This document shows, piece after piece, positions 9,427 to 19,232 of a stretch of DNA of 64,000 nucleotides; the stretch's first letter is position 1, and each line of letters begins with the position of its first letter. Origin of the DNA: an uncultured bacterium (GTDB lineage Bacteria; Krumholzibacteriota; Krumholzibacteriia; Krumholzibacteriales; Krumholzibacteriaceae). The stretch spans positions 148,654 through 212,653 of the forward strand of contig CAWFAD010000010.1 in the NCBI GenBank assembly GCA_963813815.1, written 5' to 3'. Made by a program: the position numbers and the translations under genes. The notes under the pieces are model-generated. The model had not been told where the DNA came from and searched no databases. It was given only the letters and a program-made list of their open reading frames with translations.

Positions 9427-10242
9427 GTGCGTACCGGAACGTCCCCGCTGCTTCCCGTCGTTTTCATTCTGCTCGCCGTCTCTTCCGCCGCGCCGAGGGC
9501 GGCCGGCCTGTTCGATGATCCCCGTTTGCTCTTTCCGCCAGTCGACACCGCGCGAACGGTCCTCTCGGTCGGCCACGCCGAGATCGATCTCGAAGACGGC
9601 GGGGCCTCGCTCGTATCGATCGAGGCGCTTCTCAGGACCGGCGCGAGAACGCGGATCGCGCTCGCGACGAGCTTCCCCGCGGTCCGCTCGGCGGGGGACG
9701 TCGCCTTCGGCGTCGGCGACCTCGTCGTTGCGGCGGCCGTCAGGCTCGCCGGCGACACGCTCGAGTCATCGGGCCTCTATCTCGACGCATCCTGCCGCGC
9801 GCCGACGGGATCGCGCTCGCTCGCCCCGTTTTCCCATGCCTCGCTCGACGGATCGCTCGGCTGCGAGGTCCGCGGGAGGCTCTCGATTTTCGCGGCCCGC
9901 GCCCTCGCCCGCTACACGCTTGCCGGGGAGCGGCCGGTGGAAGGGGATCTCCGTCACGACCACCATGCCACGCTCGCGGGGGAGCTCGCCTTGGAGATCC
10001 CGCGCGTCGGATCGGCGAGCGCCGGAGCGGCCTGGGTCAGGTACGCGGACGGCGCCGACCGCAGCTCGCTCTGCCTGTCGCTCTCGGCCCGCCTCTCGGA
10101 GGCGATCGCGGTCCGGATCGCCGTCGCTGCGGAAAGCGGGAGCGATGGAACGGCGGCGTACGAGCGCATGGCGGGGATCGCCCTTTCGTACCGGTTTTCC
10201 CCCCGGCCCGCGTCCCATTCCGCGGCACCGCAGTCTCCGTAA
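9427..10242 (+). CDS. Hypothetical outer-membrane beta-barrel-like protein
   Basis: Signal peptide; alternating amphipathic strands; FGVGDL and APTGS segments; near-terminal LSYRF. Confidence 0.5.
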   Translation: MRTGTSPLLPVVFILLAVSSAAPRAAGLFDDPRLLFPPVDTARTVLSVGHAEIDLEDGGASLVSIEALLRTGARTRIALATSFPAVRSAGDVAFGVGDLVVAAAVRLAGDTLESSGLYLDASCRAPTGSRSLAPFSHASLDGSLGCEVRGRLSIFAARALARYTLAGERPVEGDLRHDHHATLAGELALEIPRVGSASAGAAWVRYADGADRSSLCLSLSARLSEAIAVRIAVAAESGSDGTAAYERMAGIALSYRFSPRPASHSAAPQSP

Positions 10243-10395
10243 TTGCAGAGTGCAATTTCGACCCCTCTTCATTGTTCCTCATGATGACCGGTTCGTATGC
10301 GGACGGCTTCGTCGTTCCCTCGCTCGAAAGGCATGCGCCTTGCGTTCGCATGGCTCGGGAAGACAACCGTGGCAGAACATCTGAAAGGAACGGAA

Positions 10396-12213
10396 ATGAA
10401 GGACGATATCGCGGCTGCGGCGACCGGGCGGGACGCCGGCCGCCGTCCGGGCCCAGCCCCGGGCGCATTCATCATAGACGACGATCCTCTCATGGCGGAT
10501 CTCCTCTCGCGGCGGCTCGACCGCCGCGGAATCGCGGCCCGCGTGTTCGACGACGGCGAGCGTCTTCTGGCCGAGCTGGCCGAGCGTCCGCCGGCCGTGC
10601 TCTTTTCCGATCTCCGGATGCCGGGCATGGGGGGAGCGCAGGTCATCTCGCGCGCCCGGGACGCCGCCTTCACGGGACTCGTCGTTCTCGTCACGGCGTC
10701 GCGCGATCAAGCCGCGATCGCCGAGGCCCTCCGCGGCGGCGCCGACATCGTGCTCGCCAAACCGCCGCGCGAGTACGATCTCGATTGGCTCGCCGTCAAG
10801 GCGCGCCTCGGAAACCCGCAGCCCGACCCCGTTCGCGCGCTCGTCGCGGCGCTCGAGCACGTCGATCAGGGAGCGATCCTCCTCGACGAGGAGTGCGTGC
10901 CGCTCGGCGTGAACGGCCGGGCGCGACGAATGCTCGGAGTCGACGACGCCGGCGAGGCCGTCAAGACTCTCGATCGACTGGGAATCCTCTCCCGGATCAT
11001 GGACGGCCGCCACGGGGACATCGTGTTTGTGGAATCGCCCGAATCGGCTCTCGGGGGCCGGTATCCGCTCGGGGTGGAGGTGCGCGAGATAGGCGACGGC
11101 GGTTCGCGGCGACTCCGGATCGTGCTGCTGCACGACTTTACCGAGCGCCGCAGGCTCGACGATCTGCAGGCGCAGTTCGCCGCGTACCTTTCGCATCGCA
11201 TGCGCACCCCCCTCACCTCCGTCCGGAACGCCGTGTCGATTCTCTGCGGCGCCGAGGCGCCGCTCGACTCTGCGGAGCGGGAACGTTTTCTCGATATCGG
11301 ATGCCGGAACATCGAGCGGCTCGTGAGCTCGCTCGAAGATCTGCAGAAGGCCTTTATGGCCGAATCGGGCGAATCGAGCGGCTGCCGCGCCCTCGTGCAT
11401 CTCGACCGCGACGTGGACGCCGTTCTCGCCGAGGCCGAGAGGTCCGGCGTCATATCGGGCTACCGGCTGCACGCCCCGGAAACGACGGCGGTCCTTTCCC
11501 GCGCGCGGCTCGGAGAGTTCCTGCGAACCGCCTCGGCGGCGATGGCGGGGCGCCTCGACAGCTCGCCGCAGGTCGAGTGCGTCATCGCGGTTCACGGCGA
11601 CTGCGGCGAGCTCGCCGGCCGCGAGCCGGAGATATCGATCGTTCTCACGTCGCGCGCGCGCGGCGCCGCGTCCGTGTATTCGCTCGAGCAGTATATCGAA
11701 ACGCGGGGCGGCGAGGCGAAGATCGCCCTCGAGCGCCTCGCCCGCTCGCTCGGCGGGACGATCTCGTTCCCGGGCCGCGAAATGATCCGCATCGGCATTC
11801 CGGCCGAGCCCCGGTTCGACCGCGATCTCGATCTCGTTCAGCCGCTCCACATCATGCTCGAGCGCGCGCGCCTTTCGAGCGCCGAGTTCAACCTCGTCTC
11901 GATCAGGGCGACGAACGCCCGCGAGGGCGACCGTCCGCTCTCCCGCATGATCGCCGATTCGCTGCAGGGCCTCTTCGCTGGAGAGGAAACGATCGTCGCG
12001 CAGGGAGAATCGGCGCTGTCCTTCACCCTCTTCACTTCCGGCGTTTCGCGCCCGCGAATCGGCGAGAAGCTCGAGGAGCTTCGCGCACGGATCGTGCGCT
12101 CGTGCCGCGAGCGGGGCGAAGAGATGTTTCCCGCGTTGCGATGGGTCGTCGCGTATCACTGCGACGCGGTAGCCGGGGAATGTCCGTTCGTCGAATCGCT
12201 GCTTCCGCTCTGA
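10396..12213 (+). CDS. Hybrid receiver-PAS-HisKA protein with a degenerate ATPase domain and an extra C-terminal alpha/beta domain
   Basis: REC motifs IIDDD / FSDLRMPGMGG / VTAS / AKP; PAS-like VNGRARRMLG..LLHDFTERRR; H-box SHRMRTPLTSV; no recognisable N/G1/G2 boxes. Confidence 0.75.
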   Translation: MKDDIAAAATGRDAGRRPGPAPGAFIIDDDPLMADLLSRRLDRRGIAARVFDDGERLLAELAERPPAVLFSDLRMPGMGGAQVISRARDAAFTGLVVLVTASRDQAAIAEALRGGADIVLAKPPREYDLDWLAVKARLGNPQPDPVRALVAALEHVDQGAILLDEECVPLGVNGRARRMLGVDDAGEAVKTLDRLGILSRIMDGRHGDIVFVESPESALGGRYPLGVEVREIGDGGSRRLRIVLLHDFTERRRLDDLQAQFAAYLSHRMRTPLTSVRNAVSILCGAEAPLDSAERERFLDIGCRNIERLVSSLEDLQKAFMAESGESSGCRALVHLDRDVDAVLAEAERSGVISGYRLHAPETTAVLSRARLGEFLRTASAAMAGRLDSSPQVECVIAVHGDCGELAGREPEISIVLTSRARGAASVYSLEQYIETRGGEAKIALERLARSLGGTISFPGREMIRIGIPAEPRFDRDLDLVQPLHIMLERARLSSAEFNLVSIRATNAREGDRPLSRMIADSLQGLFAGEETIVAQGESALSFTLFTSGVSRPRIGEKLEELRARIVRSCRERGEEMFPALRWVVAYHCDAVAGECPFVESLLPL

Positions 12214-13497
12214 TCAGCGCCGCGCTCCGGCGGTCTCGCGCTCCGGAGGCTTTCCCCCCGGCAAGGGTTCCGTCTCGTCGTGCGGTTTCATCGAGAGCAG
12301 TAGCGTGCTGAGCGGTTCGGTGATCGTGCGGCGGGTGGTGGGTAGACGGTTGTGGAAGTGGAAGCTCCCCGAGCGGATCTCCATGAGCCGGTGAAACGCC
12401 TTTTTCCCCGAGAGGTTTCCGCAGCGCGCGTTCGCGATCTCCCCCGAGGCGAAATAGATCTCGCCCGCCGCGCCGTCGCCGGCGACGGCGAGGAGCCCCG
12501 TGCGCCGGTTGGCGCAGAGAAGGGCGACGAGATCGATCATGGGCACGAGGCTGATCGATCCCTGGAGCGGATAGCTCCGCGAGGCGGCGCGCTGCCTGAG
12601 GCAGAAGAGAACGACGCCGGCCGCGGCGGCCGCGAGCGCCGGCAGGAGAAACCAGAGGAAAAGGCCCCTGCGGGCGGCCGCGGGGCGCGCCGGCTCCTCC
12701 GCCCGGGCGAGGGTTCTCTCCGGAGCGGGGGACGGCGGCGCGGCGGGGACGGCGGCGGGGACGGCGGCGCTGATCGAATCGCGGAGCGGCTCGCCGGCGC
12801 CGGGGGACGGTTCGGGAAGGGCCGGCGGTGGGGGAGCGGTCTCCCGCTCGTCGAGCTCCCGGAGCTTCTCGAGCGCCCACGAATGCTGCGGATCTTCGGC
12901 GAGAATCGACCGTAGCGCCTCCCTCTCCGTGTCGCTCCCGTCCGGTTGCGTCTCGGCGAGGACGCGCTCGGCGTTCTTGACGAGGCGATCGACGCGCTTC
13001 GCGCGGAGACGTTTTTCCATCTCGGCGCGGAGAGGACCGATCGCCGGGTTCGTGGAATCGATCGAGCGGGCCCGATCGAGGTGCCTGCCGGCGGATTCGA
13101 AATCGCCCTCGACGAGGCGCGCGCGCGCTTCCGAGAGGATGGATGAGGCGACCTTGGAGTCGAGGGCCGCGAGTCTCTCGCGGGCCCACGACGCGCCGGG
13201 ATCCATAATGAGCCCGCGCGCGAGATACTCGCGGGCGCGATCGAGATTTCCGCGCGATTCGTGAATCTGGGCGAGCTGCCATACCGCCGAGACGAATGAC
13301 GGGTCGCGCGCGAGCGACTGGGCGAGGAGGGCCTCGGCCGCGCCGTCGTCTCCCCTCGCGAGGGCCTTCTGAGCGTCTATGAAGAGCGTTTCGGCGCTTC
13401 GTTCCTCCGCCCGGAGGCTCGAATGCGGCGACGCGAGCGCCATCGAGCACAGCGAGCATAGAACGAGTGCGGCCGCAAAGCGTCCACGATGCCTCAT
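12214..13497 (-). CDS. TPR-repeat membrane protein with C-terminal DUF4388 (PatA-N-like) domain
   Basis: Signal peptide, TPR helices, Pro-rich linker, TM helix, then LQGSISLVPMIDLVALL..RRTGLL..GEIYFASGEI..A..G.KAF..L....GSF.F. Confidence 0.75.
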   Translation of the reverse strand: MRHRGRFAAALVLCSLCSMALASPHSSLRAEERSAETLFIDAQKALARGDDGAAEALLAQSLARDPSFVSAVWQLAQIHESRGNLDRAREYLARGLIMDPGASWARERLAALDSKVASSILSEARARLVEGDFESAGRHLDRARSIDSTNPAIGPLRAEMEKRLRAKRVDRLVKNAERVLAETQPDGSDTEREALRSILAEDPQHSWALEKLRELDERETAPPPPALPEPSPGAGEPLRDSISAAVPAAVPAAPPSPAPERTLARAEEPARPAAARRGLFLWFLLPALAAAAAGVVLFCLRQRAASRSYPLQGSISLVPMIDLVALLCANRRTGLLAVAGDGAAGEIYFASGEIANARCGNLSGKKAFHRLMEIRSGSFHFHNRLPTTRRTITEPLSTLLLSMKPHDETEPLPGGKPPERETAGARR

Positions 13498-13664
13498 GGC
13501 GCACCTCCCCGATGGGCCGTTCGCAAATAGCGTTCCAGAAAGGCGTCCCGGGAGTCGATATCCCTCTTTTCGGGGCGATACCGGCCATTTCCAAGTAGGT
13601 GGTTGATTTGAGGGCCTTTCTTTTGGTAGAATGCCGGGCGTTCAGCTCGAAAACGGGGGTGTCG

Positions 13665-15641
13665 ATGGAGCCTTTCCGCGAAGTCTTCTGGAATATACAG
13701 AACCACCTTCTCTTCTATCTACTCGCGGCGCTCGCGACCGCCGTTTGCCTGTGGGGCATCTACCGCCGATACCGCCTCTGGTCGGCGGGCTGGCCCGAGA
13801 AGCGAGGGGGCGCGTTCGACTGGAAGCCGGTGATTTCGCGCGTGTTCGCGAACGCCTCGATCTTTAGAGGCGATCCGATCGGTGGCGCCACCCACATTCT
13901 CATCATGTGGGGTTTCCTTCTTCTCTTCGCGGGCACCGCGATGTCCACGATCGATCATTGGCTCGTTTCCTACCTCGCGGGGGATCTCTATCTCGCCTAT
14001 GCGCTGGCGCTCGACGCCGCGGGCATCGCCCTCATGGCGGGGGTCGCGCTCGCCTATCTGAGGCGGTACGTCATCAAGCGCGGCAAGATGGTCACCTTCG
14101 TCCAGGACCACGTCGTGCTCGTTCTGCTCTTCGTCATCTGCCTCACGGGTTTTATCGTGGAGGGGCTTCGGCTGAGGGCCGATCCGCCACCGTGGCGGGA
14201 GCCCTCCCCCGTCGGGCAGTGGATCGCCTCCCTCTCGGCCCTCGACCGGCCGGGGGCGCTCGTCGCCCACCGGATATGGTGGTGGGTGCACTCGATCGCG
14301 AGCCTTTCGCTCATCGCGTGGTTTCCGTTCTCGAAGTTCGTTCACGTCCTCGCCGCGCCCGTGAACCTCCTCTACGAGGGAGCGGGCTCGAGCGCCTATC
14401 TCTCCCTCGAAGAGCGCGAAGCGCTGGGGAGCGATTTCAGCGCGCGGCAGCGCGTCATGATGGATGCGTGCACGCGGTGCAACCGCTGCGCCGTCGTCTG
14501 TCCGAGCAACAACGCCGGCGAGCCGCTCTCGCCGCGCGCGGCGGTCGATGAGGCGGGCTCGTTCGTGCGCCGCTCCGGCGGCTTCGGGCTGCTTCCGGGA
14601 CGAAGGCCCGCGGAGGCGCCGAAGCGGGGAGAGGCGATCGCGGGGGAGGCGGCGTGGCTCTGCACGACGTGCGGTCACTGCCGCAGCGAGTGTCCGTCCG
14701 CCGTGAGCCCGATGGACATCATCCGGGAGGTCCGCGCCGCCCGCGTCGAGAGCGGGGAGAACGTTCCCGACAACCTCCAGGAGATGCTCGAGTCGGTCTA
14801 CAAGTTCAAGAATCCCTGGCAAGGGGCGAAGGGGAAGCGCATGGATTGGGCCGCCGGGCTCGACGTGCCCGTTCTTCAGGACGGCGTCGGCGAGAAGCGC
14901 TGCTTCTACGTCGGCTGCACCCTCGCGTACGATTCGAGGCTTCAGGAGGTGCCGCGGTCCGCGGTCGCGATTTTCGCCGCGGCCGCTTACCGCTACGGCG
15001 TGCTCGGCAAGGAGGAGGTCTGCTGCAGCGAGTTCGTTCGCGGCGTCGGCGAGGACGGCCTTTTCTCCGAGCTCGCGGAGCAGAATCTCGATGCCTTCGA
15101 GCGGCACGGCATCGAGGAGATCGTGACGCCGTGCCCGCACGGCATGCACGCATTTTCGAACGAATACCGGCGGATGAGCGGCACCGCCGCCGCGCGCCGG
15201 GTGTATCATATATCGCAGGTTCTCGAGGAGCTCGTCCGCGGAGGCGCGCTCAGGCTCGAGGACCGCGGCGAGCGCGTCGTGACGTTTCACGATCCCTGCT
15301 TCCTCGGACGCCGCGGCGGCGTCTACGACGCTCCGCGGAACGTTCTGCGGGCGATACCCGGCGTTCGTCTCGTCGAGATGAAGCGCTCGAGGGAGCGGAG
15401 CCTCTGCTGCGGCGGAGGAGGAGGGCGCATGTGGGTCGAAGCGACCGAGGGCGGGAAAATGGGCGAGGTGCGCGCCCGCGAGGCGGTGGCGACGGGCGCC
15501 CGAATCATCGTCACGGCGTGCCCCTTCTGCTTCTCGAACCTCGATGACGCCGTGAAGACGGCCGGGTACGAGGGCGCGGTGGTCGTGAAGGATATCACCG
15601 AGCTCGTCGCCGAATGCCTTCCGGGGCGCGGAGGCGCATGA
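13665..15641 (+). CDS. FadF/HdrD-like membrane Fe-S oxidoreductase (putative ETF:quinone oxidoreductase)
   Basis: NarI-like TM region with His ligands; CTRCNRC..CP and CTTCGHC..CP clusters; CCG-domain motifs FHDPC.LGR, CCGGGGG, TACPFC; adjacent to etfBA. Confidence 0.85.
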   Translation: MEPFREVFWNIQNHLLFYLLAALATAVCLWGIYRRYRLWSAGWPEKRGGAFDWKPVISRVFANASIFRGDPIGGATHILIMWGFLLLFAGTAMSTIDHWLVSYLAGDLYLAYALALDAAGIALMAGVALAYLRRYVIKRGKMVTFVQDHVVLVLLFVICLTGFIVEGLRLRADPPPWREPSPVGQWIASLSALDRPGALVAHRIWWWVHSIASLSLIAWFPFSKFVHVLAAPVNLLYEGAGSSAYLSLEEREALGSDFSARQRVMMDACTRCNRCAVVCPSNNAGEPLSPRAAVDEAGSFVRRSGGFGLLPGRRPAEAPKRGEAIAGEAAWLCTTCGHCRSECPSAVSPMDIIREVRAARVESGENVPDNLQEMLESVYKFKNPWQGAKGKRMDWAAGLDVPVLQDGVGEKRCFYVGCTLAYDSRLQEVPRSAVAIFAAAAYRYGVLGKEEVCCSEFVRGVGEDGLFSELAEQNLDAFERHGIEEIVTPCPHGMHAFSNEYRRMSGTAAARRVYHISQVLEELVRGGALRLEDRGERVVTFHDPCFLGRRGGVYDAPRNVLRAIPGVRLVEMKRSRERSLCCGGGGGRMWVEATEGGKMGEVRAREAVATGARIIVTACPFCFSNLDDAVKTAGYEGAVVVKDITELVAECLPGRGGA

Positions 15642-15712
15642 CGGTGGAATGACGGCTCGGGCGGGCGGCGCGGCCCGCCCTCGAGCGGGTGGAACGAGAA
15701 AGGAGCCGGTGG

Positions 15713-16504
15713 ATGGAGATTCTCGTGTGCGTGAAACGGGTACCCGATACCGCCGACGCGGAGGTCGTGCTCCGGCCCGACGGTAAAGGCATTCGCGAGG
15801 AGGATCTCGCCTTCGGCATCAACGAGTGGGACAACTACGCCGTCGAGGAGGCGATCCGGCTCAAGGAAGCGCACGGTGGCTCCGTCACGATCGCCACGGT
15901 CGGATCGCCGGAGAGCGAGGACGTGCTTCGCCGGTGCCTCGCGATGGGCGCGGACGAGGCGGTCATGATCGACGAGGCGCCTCTCGCCGGCGCCGATCCC
16001 TACGGCGTCGCCCGGGCTCTCGCCGCTCTCGCGAGACGCAAGCCGTACGACCTCGTGCTCGCCGGGGCGCAGGCGGCGGACGACGGGTACGGGATGACGG
16101 GCCCCGTGCTCGCCGGGTACCTCGGGTGGCCTCACGCGACGCTCGTCACCTCCGTCTCCCTCGAAGGGGGGAAGGCCGTTGTGGCGCGCGAGCTCGAAGG
16201 GGGGCTCGAGGAGGTTCTCGCCGTCGAGCTCCCGGCTGTTCTCACGATCCAGACCGGCATCAACGAGCCGCGATACGTCTCGATCATGGGCATCCGAAAG
16301 GTGCGGAGCAAGGAGATACCGGTCGTCGGCCCCGGCGAGATCGGGATCGGCGCCGGAGAGGTCGGCGCGAACGCGAATCTCCTGCGTTCGCTCGGGCTCT
16401 CCGTTCCTCCGGCCGGCAAAGAGGCGATCATGCTGAAGGGAGCTCCGGCGGAAGTGGCGCAGAAGATACTGGAGATCATCAAGGAGCGAGGGGGGGTGGC
16501 GTAG
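15713..16504 (+). CDS. etfB: Electron transfer flavoprotein beta subunit
   Basis: MEILVCVKRVPDT, INEWDNYAVEEA, LAMGADEA, INEPRY. Confidence 0.95.
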   Translation: MEILVCVKRVPDTADAEVVLRPDGKGIREEDLAFGINEWDNYAVEEAIRLKEAHGGSVTIATVGSPESEDVLRRCLAMGADEAVMIDEAPLAGADPYGVARALAALARRKPYDLVLAGAQAADDGYGMTGPVLAGYLGWPHATLVTSVSLEGGKAVVARELEGGLEEVLAVELPAVLTIQTGINEPRYVSIMGIRKVRSKEIPVVGPGEIGIGAGEVGANANLLRSLGLSVPPAGKEAIMLKGAPAEVAQKILEIIKERGGVA

Positions 16505-17473
16505 ATGGCAAAGGCGTTCGTTCTCGTCGAGCACCGGCAGGGATCGATCCGCGAGGCGACGTTCGAGTGCGTCACGCTCGCCCGGGAGCTCCAGGCGTCG
16601 TCCGGCATCGAGCCGGCGGCCGTCGTCATCGGGAGCGGCGCGGCGGGTTTGGCCGCCGCGCTCGCGGCCTATCTCCCCGAGACGATTCTCATCGAGGATC
16701 CGGCGCTCGAGCATTTCCGCTACGAATCGTACGCGGCCGTGCTCCGCGACCTCATCGAGAAGGAGGCGCCGCTCGTCGTCGTCGCGCCGCACTCGGCGTT
16801 CGGCATGGAGCTCATGCCGCGCCTCTCGGCGGAGCTCGGCAGGCCCTGCGCCACCGACTGCGTCGAGATCCGGATGGACGGAGGCGCGCTCTCGGTCCTG
16901 CGGAGCATACACAACGGCAAGATCCGCGAGCGCCTCTCGTTCGCCCCGGCGGGCGGATATTTCGCGACCCTTCGCTCGGGGAGCTACCCCGCGGCGGCCC
17001 CGGGGCCCGCGGGCGCCGTCCGCCCGCGTCCGTGTCCCGCGCTCCCCGGCGCGTGGCGCACCGAGCACCGCGGTTACCGCGAGGCCGCTTCCGGAACGGT
17101 CGACATAACGCAAGCGCAGCTGCTCGTGTCGATCGGCCGGGGAATCAAGGACGCGGAGAACATTCCGAAGGCGCAGGCGCTCGCCGACAAGCTCGGCGGC
17201 GTGCTCGCCTGCTCGCGCCCCGTCGTCGACAAGAAATGGCTCGGCAAGGAGCGCCAGGTGGGGACGTCGGGGCGCACGGTGAAGCCCAAGGTGTATCTCG
17301 CGCTCGGCATCAGCGGCGCCTTTCAGCACCTCGCCGGCGTCAAGGCCCCGGGGGTCTTCATCGCGGTGAACCGCGATCCCAAGGCGCCCGTGTTCCGCGC
17401 GGCGGATTACGGAGTCGTCGAGGATATGTTCAAGGTCATCGACGCTCTCGCCGAGAAGCTCGGCGCGAAATAA
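16505..17473 (+). CDS. etfA: Electron transfer flavoprotein alpha subunit
   Basis: VSIGRG, CSRPVVD, QVGTSGRTVKP, GISGAFQHLAG. Confidence 0.95.
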   Translation: MAKAFVLVEHRQGSIREATFECVTLARELQASSGIEPAAVVIGSGAAGLAAALAAYLPETILIEDPALEHFRYESYAAVLRDLIEKEAPLVVVAPHSAFGMELMPRLSAELGRPCATDCVEIRMDGGALSVLRSIHNGKIRERLSFAPAGGYFATLRSGSYPAAAPGPAGAVRPRPCPALPGAWRTEHRGYREAASGTVDITQAQLLVSIGRGIKDAENIPKAQALADKLGGVLACSRPVVDKKWLGKERQVGTSGRTVKPKVYLALGISGAFQHLAGVKAPGVFIAVNRDPKAPVFRAADYGVVEDMFKVIDALAEKLGAK

Positions 17474-17486
17474 GCGGGAGGGAATC

Positions 17487-18638
17487 ATGGATTTCGAGCT
17501 GACCAAGGAGCAAAAGGACATCAAGCAGGCGGCGCGCGAGTTCGCCGAGGGGGAGTTCGACAAGGATATGGCGGCCGAGCTCGACCGCCAGCACGCCTAT
17601 CCGCGCGCGATCTGGAAGAAAGCGTGCGAGCTCGGCTTCGTCGGCATCCATTTCCCCGAGGAGTACGGCGGACAGGGGCTCGGCGTTCTCGAGAATGCGC
17701 TCGTCGTCGAGGAGTTCTGCCGGCGTGATTCCGGGATCGGCACGGCGCTCGCCCTGTGCGATTTCGCGTCGGAGATCCTCATGAGGCACGGGACGAAGGA
17801 GCAGAAGGAGCGTCTGCTTCCCGCGATCGCCTCCGGGCGGGTCATATCGGCGGGATGCTTCACCGAGCCGAATCACGGCAGCGACATCACGACGATGGAA
17901 ACGACCGCCGTTCGCGACGGCGACTCCTGGGTGCTGAACGGCACCAAGACCTTCATCACGAACGGCTGCATCGCCGACATATTCATCACGCTCTGCCAGA
18001 CCGATCCCGGCGCGCAGCCGGGCTACCGGGGACAGTCGCTCATACTCGTCGAGAAGGGGGCCGCCGGTCTCGACGCGGCCGAGGTCGGCGACAAGATGGG
18101 AATCCGCATGACCTCGACTGCGGAGGTTTCCTACGCGTCGGTGCGCGTTCCGGCCGCGAACCTCGTCGGCGACGAGAAGAAGGGGTTCTACCACGTGCTC
18201 GAGTTTTTCGACGAGAGCCGGGCCGAAATAGCGGCGACGGCGGTCGGGATCGCGCAGGGGGCGTTCGACCGGGCGCTCGAGTACGCGAAGCAGCGCGAGC
18301 AGTTCGGCCAGCGCCTCGCCGATTTTCAGGTGACGCAGCACAAGCTCGCCGACATGGCCACGATGATCGAGGCGGCGAGGCTCCTCACGCACCGCGCGGC
18401 GTGGAGCTTCGATCAGGGGCGCATCGACCCGAAGCTCACCTCCATGGCCAAGCTGTTCGCGGGACGCACCGCGGTCGCGGTCACCGACGAGGCGGTGCAG
18501 ATCCTCGGCGGGTACGGATACATACTCGAGAACGAGGTGGAGCGTTACTACCGGGACGCCAAGATCACCGAGATCTACGAGGGAACGAAGGAGATCCAAA
18601 AAAACACCATCGCCGGAACGTTCATCAAGAAGAAATGA
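17487..18638 (+). CDS. Acyl-CoA dehydrogenase
   Basis: FTEPNHGSD, LNGTKTFITNG, REQFG, GGYGY, ERYYRDAKITEIYEGT.EIQ. Confidence 0.95.
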   Translation: MDFELTKEQKDIKQAAREFAEGEFDKDMAAELDRQHAYPRAIWKKACELGFVGIHFPEEYGGQGLGVLENALVVEEFCRRDSGIGTALALCDFASEILMRHGTKEQKERLLPAIASGRVISAGCFTEPNHGSDITTMETTAVRDGDSWVLNGTKTFITNGCIADIFITLCQTDPGAQPGYRGQSLILVEKGAAGLDAAEVGDKMGIRMTSTAEVSYASVRVPAANLVGDEKKGFYHVLEFFDESRAEIAATAVGIAQGAFDRALEYAKQREQFGQRLADFQVTQHKLADMATMIEAARLLTHRAAWSFDQGRIDPKLTSMAKLFAGRTAVAVTDEAVQILGGYGYILENEVERYYRDAKITEIYEGTKEIQKNTIAGTFIKKK

Positions 18639-18642
18639 GGAA

Positions 18643-19224
18643 ATGAAAATGAACCACCCCCGCATCGATCGTCGGCTCCGCCGAGCGGCCCTCGCCGTCG
18701 CTCTCGCCGTCCTCGCCCTCGCGGCTTGCTCGCCCGGAGATAAGAAGAACGATGGCGCCGATCGCTCGAACCAGTCGTCGCCGGGAACGACGATCAGCAC
18801 GTACCAGATGATGGGCGACCTGCCCCTCGTCGCCCTCGACGGAACCGAGCGCCGGCTCTCGAGCTACCGCGGGGACCTCGTCGTGCTGTACGTCTTCGCG
18901 ACGTGGCACAAGGAGAGCATCTCGCTCATCGACGAGTTCAACACGCTGCACGACAAGATCAAGGGAAACCGCATGACGGTTCTCGGAATCGTGATCGACC
19001 GGGACGGCGCCTCCGCGGTCAAGCAGCTCACGGCGCGCCAGCCGGTGACGTTCCCCGTCTTTACGAACGGCGCCGCGATCATAAGGGATCTCGGCGGCAT
19101 GAGGACCCTGCCCACGGCCTACGTGCTCCTGCGGGACGGGCACATCTATCACAAGGCGGTCGGGTACCGCGCGGCGAGCAAGGTCGAGGATCAGCTGCGG
19201 CGAGTCGTCGCCCAACGGCTCTAG
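18643..19224 (+). CDS. TlpA/ResA-like thioredoxin-fold lipoprotein lacking the CxxC motif
   Basis: Lipobox LAAC; LSSYRGDLVVLYVFATW-HKES; cis-Pro loop TLPTAYVL.RDG.I. Confidence 0.75.
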   Translation: MKMNHPRIDRRLRRAALAVALAVLALAACSPGDKKNDGADRSNQSSPGTTISTYQMMGDLPLVALDGTERRLSSYRGDLVVLYVFATWHKESISLIDEFNTLHDKIKGNRMTVLGIVIDRDGASAVKQLTARQPVTFPVFTNGAAIIRDLGGMRTLPTAYVLLRDGHIYHKAVGYRAASKVEDQLRRVVAQRL

Positions 19225-19232
19225 GAAACGAC

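Noticed and set aside
15655..15686. GC-rich intergenic hairpin before etfB as an ncRNA or terminator
   Set aside because: No U-tract and no second copy seen; at most an mRNA stability element.
18890..18925. Third selenoprotein in the TlpA-like gene
   Set aside because: The active-site codons are sense codons (His-Lys-Glu-Ser); there is no in-frame UGA.
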